Shown here: one piece after another, positions 13,087 to 26,860 of the stretch
Position numbering within the stretch: position 1 is the stretch's first letter
Layout: every line of letters starts with the position of its first letter
Assembly (NCBI GenBank): GCA_023515725.1
Contig: JALDTO010000237.1
Coordinates: 62,001-126,000 of the forward strand
Direction of reading: 5' to 3'
Source of the DNA: Amoeboaphelidium protococcarum X5
Taxonomy: Eukaryota; Fungi; Aphelidiomycota
DNA length: 64,000 bases
Notes under the pieces: model-generated
The model's database searches: none
What the model was told of the DNA's origin: nothing
What the model saw: the letters and a program-made list of their open reading frames with translations, nothing else
Translations under genes and position numbers: made by a program

Positions 13087-14592
13087 TCACTCTTCTGCAT
13101 TCAAAAGCATTTGTGCTACAGAACTAACATGATCCAATCGGTTCAAAATTTCCTTGGTACCCTCTGAGAATGAGGTGACGTGATATGGAATACTGTACTA
13201 GTGGCACAGTTCACGCACCTTTGCAGACACTAGAGGTAGGCGATGACGAGGCAGAGATGGGAACAGATGATGTTCAATCTGGTAGTTGAGTCCGCCTGTG
13301 AACCAGGTGCTAAACACAGTTGGGATGACATCACGGCCAGTCTGAATCTGCAGTTCATAAAAGGACATTTCAGAACTCTCATCCTGCGTGTAAATAGGCA
13401 TACCATTATGATTCAAGGAGAATACAAAGGCCAGAAGGAGGCCACAAGTGCATTAGCTAACGATAACGTACAGCACCATCAGTGGCAAGGTACTGATCAC
13501 GGAGCCAATAAAGTAAAAGTACAACATCCAATGAGAGGACAGAGTGGCGAGTTCAATCCACTTGGAGGTATTACTGTTCTTCATGGTCAGAACATACTCC
13601 AGAGATTATTCAGCCCAGGATAAGCGCGCAAAAGTTAAAACTATAAAATACAATGTGGCCTGATTGTATAGCAGATACTTGACCAACTTGGACACTGAGA
13701 TTGGCCGAGTCTATGAAGACTGTTGGCCATCCAGCTACTACTCAGCAGCAGCAGCTGCCTTGCGTTTAGCCTACTGACAAGACACCTGCTCAACATAATC
13801 AGCAATCGCATACTTGGACCAGCCAAGTACCGGCATGGTGTCCACATCTGGATCAAAATTATGAACATTAGGGTGGCTATGGTGTGTATTGTGCTTATTC
13901 TTCCACCACGCAACACTGAAGCCTTGGAATACATTGCCCCACAGGTACCCAAACAAGTTGTTAATAGATCGATTCTAATACACTTGATGATGCAGATAGT
14001 CATGGGCCAGCCATCCAGACTACTACCAAGCGACACCAAGTAGTATGGCACTTGCGACCACATTAAATACAGAGTCTGGCTTGTAACACAGAGTCAACAC
14101 GGATAAACAGACCACACTCAGAATCTGAAGATTCTTCCACAAGTAGAATAATTTATCACTCTCAAAATATCCAAGACGAGTAATATGTTATCTATAGTCC
14201 TCAATAGCTTTAGCGAAACTGAACTTGGTAGATTGCTACTAGGACTAGGGTTATTGAGAACTGTCAACACCAGAAGTCAGCTTAATCTTCGTTACGTCAT
14301 CGGGATGCAGATCGCCAACGTAGAAATTGGCCAAAACTTCATGCGCAGACTCTGGATGGAAAGCATTAAACGGATCTGTGGCATCTTGACCATTGGCGTA
14401 TGAGAGGATAACTTTACCACCAGGATGAACTTCGCTGAACTCTTTCACATCATACACTTGATTGTTGATCAGTACCAGAGCATTATCGGAAGAACTACTA
14501 CTTCCACCATCGCTGCTGTTGTCAGACTCTTTATATTAGTTTTAAGTCTTTAGCTGGTTCAGCGTATACAACTAACTATATGAGGAAACCAT
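13087..14592 (-). CDS. Cytochrome b5-fused front-end desaturase (delta-6 fatty acid / delta-8 sphingolipid type)
   Basis: HPGG b5 motif and His boxes HDYLHH, HNTHH, QIEHH. 502 codons. Confidence 0.92.
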
Positions 14593-15028
14593 ATTATTAA
14601 TCGGAAACTTTTATGGATACCAGCGATTCAATGTAAGAAAGTTCAACAACAAGAACGGGTGAGCTGAACCGGGTAGCAATCGGCAGCAAGGCAAAATCGA
14701 TGGATGGAGAGATGTTGAAAATCTCTGTAACGTCGGCGGAAACGGTCACTTTTGTGGCAAACAGAATCGACACGCGCGTTTGTTTCCATTGTAATCGCCG
14801 GAGAAAAGTCGGCGCGCAATTTGTTTGATCGATCTCCTTGTAGAATGTCTGTCTGGCTGGTATCATTCCATTATTGATTGATACTGTTGACGTTCATAGG
14901 GAGCGTATTTGAGAGTCTGATGTTAAATATAAAACGCAATTATATGAGTTAAAAGGCAAGTGTGAGTTTCAACTCAGAATATATTCCGCTGAGTGAGAAA
15001 GAGAGAATGTATTATTAACTGGAGCGCA

Positions 15029-16236
15029 TCACTCACCGTCGCTATCAAACTTAATCTTTACGCCAGCAGAGGGAACTATCCCAGCTTGTTGCAATTTCTT
15101 CTTAGCCTTCCATGACGGATGTAACGTGTTGGATCGTTATGAGTTTACCTTGGACTTGGTACCACCACTTTTACGCTTTATAGATTCGATTTTCTTCTCT
15201 TTCCGGTCAGGTATTAGAGATTTATTATTCCTGTCATCACTTCCTGCAGCCGTTGAATGAGAGCGTCTTCCATCGCGCCCCTTGGCAGACCCAATCTACT
15301 CTAAATAACTTCTCTTTCGTGCTTATTACCCAGGACGATTCTTCTTCTTTTTCTACTACTACTACTACTGCAATTTTACTGCGGGATCCTCAATCAGGTC
15401 ATCAAAGTCAATTTCATCCGGATCAAATCGCGGTCTCTTAAAATTCTAACGCGGTTAGCTGTTGGACTTGCGCGTAACTTTAGCATTATCGACATCTTCT
15501 TTACGTTTTTCCATGTGCTGCTTATTGACTTTAAAGACGCGATCTTTAAATGCTTCATAGTCTAATTTCAATTCTTGAACAAAGCTCTTATACTTCTTAT
15601 CATCCTATAAACGCTAGAGTGCCCGTTTAGAATTATCATCAATGATCAGCGGCTTGCAAGTGTCACCATCTTAAGCATCATTGTCAGTATTGTTGTCGGT
15701 GAGATATACACTTTAACCGCGAGAGAGCCCAGACTATATCTAATTCCAGAAATGATTATTAATCCAATCTATATCACACATTTTAGCTTGAACTAATTCA
15801 GTTTCTAAATTGGAAATTTTGGCTTTGAGATCTTAACCAGATTAAATATCTTGGTCCTATTCAAGATCTGAGCGCAAAGCAGAGAGCTTCTTGGTGAGCT
15901 TTTGAAAATGAAACGTGAGAAGCTTCTTTATTTCTCTTTTATGCTATTTCTCGCACTAAATCTACATATTATACGAATGTAAGAAATCTATCAGCATTGC
16001 ATTAAAGTGAATTATATTACCATCTTCGCGTCCAACGCCATTCCTTGATAACGCGTAATCTACTTTGCCAGCTAATCCTTTATATCCTGACTGGTATTTT
16101 CATCCGTATTGGAAAGCTACAGATTGTTTTTATGATATGAAATTACTTAATCATATAAACGTTAACTTACGCGTTATTGCAGCTATCCAAGGCTGTACAA
16201 GATACTTTTAGCACTTTTGATATGATTTTTACTCAT
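15029..16236 (-). CDS. BUD22: BUD22/SRFB1-family ribosome biogenesis protein; introns 16117-16170 and 15962-16020
   Basis: C-terminal KNRPGQQARKR, LHPSWKAKKK, GVKIKFD motifs. Two GT..AG introns keep the frame. Confidence 0.75.
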
Positions 16237-16556
16237 TTTTGCAATTTATTTTGTGTTAGTTGATGAAAATAGAAAAAAATAAATGAATTTGTAGATGGTG
16301 TTGATGCTTGATAGATTATATGACGTGAATCGGCGTGTTACTCTACTGTGCAGGATTCTGGGGTTGACGCACACAAAATGTAATGTATATGTAGCTCCTC
16401 CTATACTCCGAAGTCATTGTCATACCTTAACAACTCCTCACATCGCTCCCCAATATAAAGCAAAATATAGCAGGTTGAAGAAGCTAAGTTCAATCAGTAA
16501 ATAAGTACATCTAAGCAAATAAAGCAAATCTATTTATTTAAACTATCAGCGATACA

Positions 16557-17900
16557 TCATGCTTCTGATACGCCTGCAATCTCATTCAACATCTCAATGT
16601 CACGATTGCACATTTGCGAAAACTCCTATCCTGACATTTGACTTGCCAACTTTGCGTGTCCGAAATCAATGAAGAGCAGTTAACCTCCTTTCCACAATAT
16701 ATTACGCGGCGCAACGTCACCATGAGCTACGCCATTTTTATGAATTAACTATAATGAATCACGCAACTGCCGATAATGTGCTTAAATGTCAGCGACAGTA
16801 GATACACGTTCTAAGCGCTCTATCATTATTGCCTCAATCCAGCCATCAATCGACAGACGCGCCAACAATCTCGGAATGACAGTACCTTGCAATCTAGATA
16901 GCTTCAGATAACATTATTGCTCTTAATCGATGGCATCTACTTTTAAATGTTCTGGATCCTTGGTGGAGTCAGCCATTTTCAACACCAACTAATGCGATCT
17001 AATTTCGATTTACCTATTATCATCGGATTTAAATTAAGTATGAATACCACCAAAGACTACTGAAGACAAATCAGAACCGCCAACAACTTGTTCGAAATAT
17101 ACTTCATGAAGGTTGACGCTCTTCACTACGGAAACGTCAAATTCATGTTTGCGCATCATAACAGGAGTGGTGTATGGAGACGCGTACATGCATCGATCTT
17201 TATCTTCACAGAGCTAAAACATGGCACATACAGCCTCCATCAACGTGAATGGCGATTATTAATCACGATGCACGGCGCTACTTACCTCCAAAGTGCTTTA
17301 CTATATCCCATCAGATCCACCACGACGCAGAAAGAAGAACTTATCAGCCGTACAGATTATTCCATATCTGTTATGATTAACAGACATGTAGCCATATTCT
17401 TGCCGCAGCACCTTTTTCTTAATCTCCTCTTAATGAGTGAAATCAACAAGATCATCATCCACATCGAAAGCCCACATTGTCTTGATCTCAATTGGCAAAA
17501 TGCAGCGGCAGCTAGGGTCGCCCTAATACTACAAAATAAGATCAGGATGGAGTCCTACAGCTGGACCGATATCTTAATAAATCACGGACCCGCCCAAGGA
17601 TTTGTTAATGAATTCAGCAATCAAAAATACGCGACAAATCAAGTAGACCTTTATAGTTGCCTCACTACTGACAGTGCCTGTACGCTAGTTAATTCCAATG
17701 TAACAATCCATATCCAAATGCGGCTATATATAATCCCTATACGGAATAATGACATCTTGATCAAAAGATTTCCATAATTTCAAATCAACGCCCACCATTT
17801 CACGAGGATTACTGGGTGCAGATAGCTAGGTACCGGTGCGCTATGGACTGATCACTGTGCTCGCAGGTGTATGTCGCAATAAATCACGCAGTAGAGTCAT
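16557..17900 (-). CDS. PD-(D/E)xK nuclease + protein kinase fusion, copy 1 (447 aa)
   Basis: GSE..HPDLIL..IEIK..RQEYGYM..YGIICT..FFFLRR followed by LVLK..LQGTVIPRLL..HGDVAPRNI..IDFG. Open ATG..TGA with TAR=Gln, 3 codons longer than the other copies. Confidence 0.85.
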
Positions 17901-19290
17901 TATAATTACGAAAATTGGTAACAATAAGAAGAGAAAAGAAAACGGATTGATTTATTACTGACCAATCTTAGCGGTGATTGGACGCATCGCAGAGTTGCCA
18001 ATCGCTGACAATGCGCGTGATTTCGTGGATATGAGGGGCCTACGCTTACACTTTAGCGCTCATGATTAGACTAAATCTGCGCTTGTAGATTCTAATCAGT
18101 ACTATCGAAGCCCAGTTCTGAAAATTCATTTCAATCCGACGTATTAATGTCGTCTTTCACGTATTACATGTCTATCTTGCCGGATTCGCTGGTGTTCACA
18201 TGTTGTGGACGGCTTCCGTAAATAATTTGGCTGAATTTGTAGTATCGTTCAGTTAATCTTAAAAGTTGAATTTGAGAGTTCAGATCACTTATACGCCTAA
18301 AGTGTTATACTGTGGATTTAGATACACACCGTACCTTCAATTTTTGGTTTTATGTAAGATCCTGTTGTTAGCCGTTAAGTAAGCTCTCTTACTCTGTATC
18401 ATCAAAAAATTTCAACCACAATGAGATTCTGATACTAAATGCCATTTGGTTTAACGCATTATCTACGATTAAGGCACTCAGCACCATACAAATTCCGTTT
18501 GACCATAACTTCAAGCACTTAGCTCGTGTCAGGTACCAATTGGCTCTAGCTCAGATTCAAGGAGACCAACTCAAGTTTTACCAATGAGTGTATAGACATA
18601 AAATTCGCTATTGTTTCAGACTATAGGCTGATTCCTAACTTAACTAGAATAATGACGCAGGGAACAGCACTGGGGCGACTGTAGTCGTCAAAGCCATATC
18701 TCCCTGACGCGCTCTTAGACAGGTTTACAGGTAGCTGCTGCTGCGAGTTCACCATAACGTTACAGACAAAAGCATGAAATAAAACATTTCGCGGAAAATA
18801 TATAATATGAAGTTTTTGGAAATCTTCTTAGAAATTTGAACAATGTGACTCATGTTAAGAGTAAGGTAAAAGGGTGAAGTAAATATGATACACAGTATAG
18901 CAAGTATACAGTCTTACAGTTGTTCGATAAGAAAGTCGCGTGAATGGGTGAAACGCGTCAAAACAGTTTCAGCTCAACACTGTCAACCAACGAAAACTCC
19001 CAAGCTGATTATTTAATCGCGGCAAGTCTCAAGAGAGATTCATAGTTTATGAAATCTGCTAATTGCTTTGGCATCAATTACTATGACCACCTTTTTGGAC
19101 GAATCCAAAGCATATGTGTGGCGCGCAGCTGTACTCTCCAATAGTTGAGTATAAGCCATTGTCTATCTTCAAACATTTTCCTATCAATACTCTATCTCTA
19201 AACGACATATAGTCCAAAAAAGCCAAGCTCGATAAGTAAGATCACTGAGCAAATATATTTATTTAAACTACCAGCGATACATCATGTTTC

Positions 19291-20625
19291 TCATACACCT
19301 GCAATCCCATTCAACATCTCAATATCACGATCGCACATTTGCGAAAACTCCTATTCTGACATTTGACTTGCCAACTTTGCGTGCCCGAAATCAATGAAGA
19401 GCAGTTGATCTCCTTTCCACATTATATTACGCGGTGCAACGTCACCATGAGCTACGCCATTCTAATGAATTAACTATAATGAATTATTCAACTGCACATA
19501 ATGTGTTTAAATGTCAGCGACAGTAGATACACGTTCTAAGCGCTCTATCATTATTGCCTCAATCCAGCCATCAATCGACAGACGCGCCAACAATCTCGGA
19601 ATGACAGTACCTTGCAATCTAGATAGCTTCAGATAACATTATTGCTCTTAATCGATGGCATCTACTTTTAAATGTTCTGGATCCTTGGTGGAGTCAGCCA
19701 TTTTCAACACCAACTAATGCGATCTAATTTCGATTTACCTATTATCATCGGATTTAAATTAAGTATGAATACCACCAAAGACTACTGAAGACAAATCAGA
19801 ACCGCCAACAACTTGTTCGAAATATACTTCATGAAGGTTGACGCTCTTCACTACGGAAACGTCAAATTCATGTTTGCGCATCATAACAGGAGTGGTGTAT
19901 GGAGACGCGTACATGCATCGATCTTTATCTTCACAGAGCTAAAACATGGCACATACAGCCTCCATCAACGTGAATGGCGATTATTAATCACGATGCACGG
20001 CGCTACTTACCTCCAAAGTGCTTTACTATATCCCATCAGATCCACCACGACGCAGAAAGAAGAACTTATCAGCCGTACAGATTATTCCATATCTGTTATG
20101 ATTAACAGACATGTAGCCATATTCTTGCCGCAGCACCTTTTTCTTAATCTCCTCTTAATGAGTGAAATCAACAAGATCATCATCCACATCGAAAGCCCAC
20201 ATTGTCTTGATCTCAATCGGCAAGATGCAGCGGGGGCTAGGGTCGCCCTAATACTACAAAATAAGATCAGGATGGAGTCCAACAGCTGGACCGATATCTG
20301 AATGAATCACTGACCCACCCAAGAATTAAGCGATGTCTTCAGCAATCGAAAATACGCGACGAATCAAATAATGCTTTACTTATGCCTCACTACTGACAGT
20401 GCCTGTACGCTAGTTAATTCCAATGTAACAATCCATATCCAAATGCGGCTATATATAATCCCTATACGGAATAATGACATCTTGGTCAAAGGATTTCCAT
20501 AGATTCAGCTCAATATCATCTAATTTACGCGTATCTTTGGGTGCAAACAACTAGGTAGAGGTGCGGTCTTCAACGGTCACTGTGCTGGCAGGTATATGAT
20601 TTAACAAATCACGTAATAATGTCAT
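19291..20625 (-). CDS. PD-(D/E)xK nuclease + protein kinase fusion, copy 2 (444 aa)
   Basis: 2725 bp from copy 1, same motifs, more diverged N-terminus. Confidence 0.85.
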
Positions 20626-20712
20626 TGTTAATATGGTAAATCCTTGGAAATAAAATGTCGAAAAACAATTCAAGACACGGTAAATTTCAAATTTTCAGTT
20701 CAAACGATAATT

Positions 20713-23700
20713 TCATCCACGTCGAGTCTTCTTTTGCTGCTTCGAATTAACCGCATTTTCATTCTACTCGGAGTACTCTTCTTCTTCGGCATCATCATCA
20801 CCACCACCACCGCCATTTTTCTTTAAAGATTTAGATGTAACTGCTTTTCTACTACCCGACAATGACGCGACGGGAATTTCAGAGCTGGCGATTGTATGCT
20901 GAGTGAAGCGTTCGACAACAGAAGTTCCATCACGGAATCTGGCGCGAAACAGCACGTCTGCATTATTAAACATTCCTTCTTTCAGAGATACTACAATGAA
21001 TTGAGAGCCTTTAAACCTGTTCTTGAATAGATGTCCAATATTCTGCGTGTGTGACAGATCCAGGGCAGCATCAATTTCATCGAGAATGTACATTGGAGCT
21101 GGTTTGAACTGCAACAACGACAGAATCAATGAAAGAGCGACAAGAGATCTCTAGCCACCGCTGAGTTCAGTAAGACTCTACTTCCAGACTTTACCCAGTC
21201 GCACCTTCACCTCAAGGCCATCGTAAATGGTCTGGCCCTCGACTGGATCCAGCTTTGCAGTGTTACCGGGTAGAAGATCGTTAAAAATGGCGCCAAAATC
21301 TCCATTAACTTTCTGCCAAGTTCTTTGCAGAGCCTCTCTCTTGTAATGATCAAGCTGCTGAATTGTCTCTTCAATTTTCTCCTTGTCCTTGCGGACAGTG
21401 GCCAGCATCTGCTTGAGGGACTGCTCCTTCTACACCACACGGTCGATCATGTTCATGACTTTGACATTGATCTTCTTTCGCAAAACTTCATACTCAGCCT
21501 ACAATTTGGTGAGCCTCTTTGAACAATCACTCGCGTCCATACGACTAAAGTCAAATGCAGTATTCGGCTTACCAAAGTTGCCTTTTTAATCGGCCACCCA
21601 TTCGTGCTCTTTTTCAATAACGACGCAGAGATTTTGAGCATTAGCCAGAGTCCTCTGTGCGTTACCGAGGTCAATGTTATGCTTCTTTGAATTTAAATGC
21701 AGTTCTTGAATCATACTCTGCTTCTACTTCACTTCCGCTTACATAGCCGCAATGTCCTTGTCAAACTACAAAAACACTTTTGACTACTTTTGCAATTCCT
21801 TGTTGTGAGTGTCATAATCAGTCTTTAGTGCTTCAATCTCGGAGATCATGTTTTTCAATTCCGACTCTTAACTAGCCAAAGACGTCTTCATCTCTTCCAT
21901 AGACTGCATAGACTCATTCCTGTCCTACATCATCTATTCAAACTCGGCAAGCAACGAATCATGTTCAGCCTTCTTTAGCTTGAATTCCGCCTGTTTCTTG
22001 ACTTAAGCCTTCTTAGCAGATGCTAAGGTCTTCTCAATCTTCTTCAACTATCCATCTCTGTTAGAATCGAATTCTTTCATTTCCAGCTCTACAGACTTGA
22101 TCTATTTATCAAGTTCACCAACTTAACTTTCAGCAGTAGCTAGTTGATTCTTCAAAGTCAAAGTATTTTACTCCAACTCTAAAACTTCCGAGATGAGCCT
22201 ACCCGCAATACTAGACTTTATCAAATCGTCCAAATTTTTCAATTCATTCTGCTTTCTCTTACAAGTAGAATCCAAGCCGTTAAACAAGTCCACTTTCTAT
22301 TAGAATTACTCAATATGGTCGTTAATATCCTTGAGCTCAAACTTGACCCTGTCCAATTGATCCTGAGCAGCGGACAAGAGATACAGCTTCTCTAAAATGT
22401 TATTACTTGACGGAGAACTACCACCTGTAATAGTAGCTCCAGGTTCATAGACATCACCATCAACAGTGATGGTACGCAGTCTGACCTTGGAGTCATAGGT
22501 GACCAGTTTAGCAGCCTCGGCGTCTTTACAAATCAAAGTACCACCAAAGACAAACTTCATAGCAGGTTCAACATCCTACTGAAACTGCAAAAGATCCAAA
22601 GCCGATTCTACCTTACCAGGAGCTAGCTATTTACTTCTTTAAACTCTTTCAGGAGCAATATTTGGTGGAACTATCTACTTCAGAGGTATAAAGGTGTGCT
22701 TCTTTTGCAACTTACCTTTCTTCAATAAGTCACTAGCCACCTTGTTGTCTTCAACAACGACAAAGTACAAACGTCCTTCAGCGCAAATTTATAAAGCCGT
22801 ACAAAACTCCAGATTTTCCTTCTACAATTTGATCAATTGTCCAACGAGACCGCGCACCTTCTTTCGATCAAAGTTGGAATGTGGATCGGCATACTTGAAA
22901 TCGAAGTTGGCCAATTATCCAGATAAATTGTCAATCTCTTACTGCAGCTTTCTGATTTCATGAATCTTTTCCTACTTTCTGCTCTTCAAATCTTATCCTA
23001 AAGACTCATCAATAACATTGTTCTATCTCTCAGCCTCTAATTTACTCAGCTCGGCTTTAAGAGTTTCCAGTTGCTTCAGCTAAGACTTGTTAGCTTTTTC
23101 AGCCTCCTTTGCCTATGGCTTTTTAGAAGCCAGCTGGCTATTAAGATACTACAAGCGCTACTTACAATCTTCAACCTCCACCATAACCTTAGATCTATCC
23201 ACCTTTAACTGATTCAACTAGTCAGCATACCCATTATCTTAACCTTCAGAGTCAGCTACTCCTGTCGTTAGAGTTTACAAGAGATTTTCTTGCTTCTTGA
23301 CTACTGCAATGTCACCATCCAAAGAATCCTGATCAGCAGCTAGAGCAGTCTTACTTTGCATCACTTTACTCTCCATAGCAGCTAATTGCTTTTCACCAGT
23401 ATCAGTCGCCTTAATCAACTCAGCAATACTCTTTTCCTCATCCTTGATAGACTTTAAAACTATGCCTTTCTGAGCAGATAATCTGGTCAATTGACTTGAT
23501 AGAGATGCAACAGTCTCCTACAAAGCCTTGAATTTACTACTCTTCTTCAATTCTTAATCTTTGCGCTGATTCAGTTCCTAAATACTCTCTAGCGCAAACT
23601 TTATATCTCCTTCCAAATCCTCCTCTTGACTCTCATACTATTAGAGTTGAGCACTGATTTCACTTATTTACTCGCTCAACTACTTTTGCTAACCATCAGC

Positions 23701-24429
23701 TTGATAGAAATCAAAAGCAATTAAAAGTCTCTTCAGCCGTTCAACCTCACTCTCAATCTTTTGGAAATTCAAAAAATCCTGCTTCTCCTTCTTCAGCTTA
23801 TCCAACTTTGGAGCAATATCTTTATCCATTAGCTCATTGATCTCGACAACCTTGGCCTCCTTCTTCTCAATGGTCTTCAATGCCTTCTCCTTCTTCTCTT
23901 CAAACATCCTGGTGCCGGCAGCCTCCTCAATCAGACTCAGAATCTCCACAGGCTTCATATTCAGCACCTTGGTAATTCTACCTTGCATAATGAGAAAGTG
24001 AGGATTATTAATATTCAACTGAACGGACTGAAACAAGTTCTATACAGTGTTCTAATGAGCCTGACTTCCATTCACCATATACTTATTCTTTCCACCAATG
24101 ACAATCTATCTGGTGACGGTAATCTTGTCGCATTTTTCAAATCCCACAGGACTCTAGTCTTTATTATCATTCTTGAAAACTATGCTGACACTGGCGCGAA
24201 CCACACCTGCCTATCCCTTCTTGTACACCAAATCATTCAAAGATTAGGCTCTGACCTGCTGCAGATTAGAAGAACTCAATCCCAATACAAAGCAAATTGC
24301 ATCCAAAACATTAGACTTACCACTACCATTCAATCCAGTGATGGCATTAAAATGGGGAGAGAAATCTTTCAGTGTAGTTCTCACAGCATACGACTTGAAG
24401 CCATCAATGATAATCTCCTCAACGTACAT
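20713..24429 (-). CDS. SMC2: Condensin subunit SMC2
   Basis: [38 protein letters not shown](TAG=Q)[20 protein letters not shown]. 1239 codons. Confidence 0.97.
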
Positions 24430-24822
24430 CTCAACTGGGTGAACTCTTAAAAATAATAATTCCTTTACTATTGCACAACGCAGACAGACTGATGAAGTAG
24501 ACTATGCAATTAATAGACAATTACAAATTCTAATTATAGAGTAGTATGGTCTAATATATACAATATAACTAGAGCGTGTAAGAAGAAGGATTGAGAGAAA
24601 GAGCCACGAGCTGAAACGATTCTGAAAATTTGTCGCGTCGCGTCTCCAGCATTGTTTCAGCCAGCATAAAACCGCCTTTTCTTTATTGACTCTCTAGCGT
24701 TGGTTTCACATTCATCTCTCTCTCTCTCTCTATCTTGCTTTCATTTACCGTTCTTTATTCCTTACCACCTTTATATTTAAGCATTCAGTCTTGATCTTTC
24801 TCTGTGTGAGAGTGTGTGTATA

Positions 24823-26751
24823 ATGGTGAAAGTACAATAAGCTCAGGTTCTAAAATCTTTTATTGCCGAAGCATTTTAATGCCAATCTCGTGGCTTATAC
24901 TATGCATCATGTTGGTATGATCACTAGCTATATATATATTTTATTAATTGAGTTGAAAAGGAATTGATTCTAATGTAGGCTCTCAGAACTGGCCAATTGT
25001 ATGTAAACAAGTCAAGAAATAGTAGACGAGTAAATTAGTAGCAATATAGTGAATTATATGGTACCACCTGGTGGTTACATTCAGAAGTATCTACTCTGCA
25101 AGTCGTACTTCGATTTGAAAGACTACAAGCGTTGTTATAATAGTGTCAACTTGAATGATAACAACTTACCATCTGTCATTAAGTTTATTGCCCTGTATGC
25201 CGAGTATTTTCATATTATTGGCTAGGAAATTTCGCTGGATATCGTTAATGGCGAGGCTGAATAATCAAAGTCTATTGATGCTTGTTAGTAGTAAAGAACT
25301 CGGTTGCAATCTAATCAGTTCATGTCCTTGCTGGATTAAATCAAGACTCTCCTCTCTAAAGAAGCTGATTGCTATCTATATTATCTCCAGGGCCTTGTTT
25401 ATGCACGTGTATCTTTGAGTTAAAAAGCTAAAGAGTCATTCGTTAAATCAATATAGATGAATTCAACGTTTTGGGGATCTTGGTTTGAGCTGGCCAAGTT
25501 TATGCAAGACTGGAAAATGGTATGTTTATAACAGGCGTCCATTATAATCACTATTAATTCCTTTGTATGTAGGTGGAGAGTGTTATTGGCGAATTACCGG
25601 AACATGTAAACAAAATCTCGTTTATTGTACAAGTCGCTTCAGAGATTGGGCCTTCACCTGGATAATCTGCTTCAGTCGGCTCAGTTGATTAAGTTTAATT
25701 GATGCTGACTGATTTGCAAAAGTTGTTTCCTCAATCGCAATGGCTTGAAAGTAAAAGGGCAAGTATCATGTATTACTTGCGAGATTTTGAGAGTGCCAGT
25801 GAAATATTTAGAGAGTTGATGGTTAGCGATCCGTACAACGTCGAGATCACTCAAACATACTCTAACGTCCTCTTTGTTCAAGACGATAGTGCAGCGTTGT
25901 CCACACTTGCCCATCACCTTGTGAAGAATTTAGATCCGTAGAGTTTAAGGCCTGAGACATGTTTTGTACTGGGTAATTACTTTAGTATGAAAGGACTCAG
26001 CGCCAATGCGATTCTGATGTTTGATCGAGCGGTGAAGTTGTTCGGAGCTGATAACCAATACCGCTCAGCTATTGATCTTCAGGCTGCGTCGGCGTATACT
26101 TTAATGGGACATGAGTACATCGAGGCCAGGAATACTGATGCAGCATTGGACTCGTATCAGAAAGCGATTCAGATTTGTCCATCAGACTATCGTGCTTGGT
26201 ACGGTCTCGGATAGGCGTACGAGATGTTGCAGATGCCTGTATATTCTATCTATTACTTTTAGAAGGCTGTCAAATTGCGACCACATGACGGAAGATTGTG
26301 GATTGCTTTGGCTAATATCTACGAAGTTACAAATCAATTGGATGACGCTGTGAGAAGCTATAAGAAATCATTGAGCTGCCACTCAACCATGAAATAGATC
26401 ATGATTGATCCATCGGATGAAATATTTCATGGTTCATTGGGCACTGAGGCAACCATACATGATGAAACTTTGTCATCTCAAGAATTTATGGCAATGTCCA
26501 AGATTGCTCAACTGTACGAGTAGCTCAATAAGAAGGATTTAGCTGTAAAGTATTGGAAACTGCTGGTGGACTCAATTTTAGAGAGTGAAGCTGTGGCCAA
26601 ACGTACAGGAGAAGAAGTTGAGTATCCGGCCGGTGATCTAATGGAAGCTTTGGCTAAAGTTGTGGATTTTATGAAGATTTTCGGCGCGTCTACAGAGCAA
26701 CTTTAACCATACTCATCCCGACTCTATTAATAACAGTCATCTAACTGTTGA
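24823..26751 (+). CDS. CDC23: APC/C subunit Cdc23/APC8; introns 24915-24978 and 25520-25572
   Basis: RGLYYASCWLSEL, RPETCFVLGNYFS, AYTLMGHEYIE, DYRAWYGLGQAYEML. Confidence 0.92.
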
Positions 26752-26860
26752 ACAAGACTGTAAAATACAACGACCACTTACATGAAATATATCCCGAAAA
26801 ATAAATGTAATCGTCTTCACATCACCAAGTAATTTGCACTTTTCACTCATGTCTAGCACC

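Larger units (their letters stand above)
16520..20630 (-). repeat. Nuclease-kinase array A (gene - ~1.4 kb spacer - gene)
   Basis: Direct repeat at 2725-bp offset. The spacer 17901-19290 matches the spacers of array B on the opposite strand. Confidence 0.9.

Noticed and set aside
17088-17777. Repeated MFEIYFMKVDAL.. ORFs (also at 19813, 35379, 37854, 40630)
   Set aside because: In-register antisense shadows of the nuclease-kinase genes. They start at TTG, vary in length between copies and have no motifs.
18031-18234. Small Cys/His-rich ORF in the spacer (..CLSCRIRWCSHV..)
   Set aside because: The ATG is ATA in two other copies, the spacing does not fit a known zinc finger, and the length is expected by chance.
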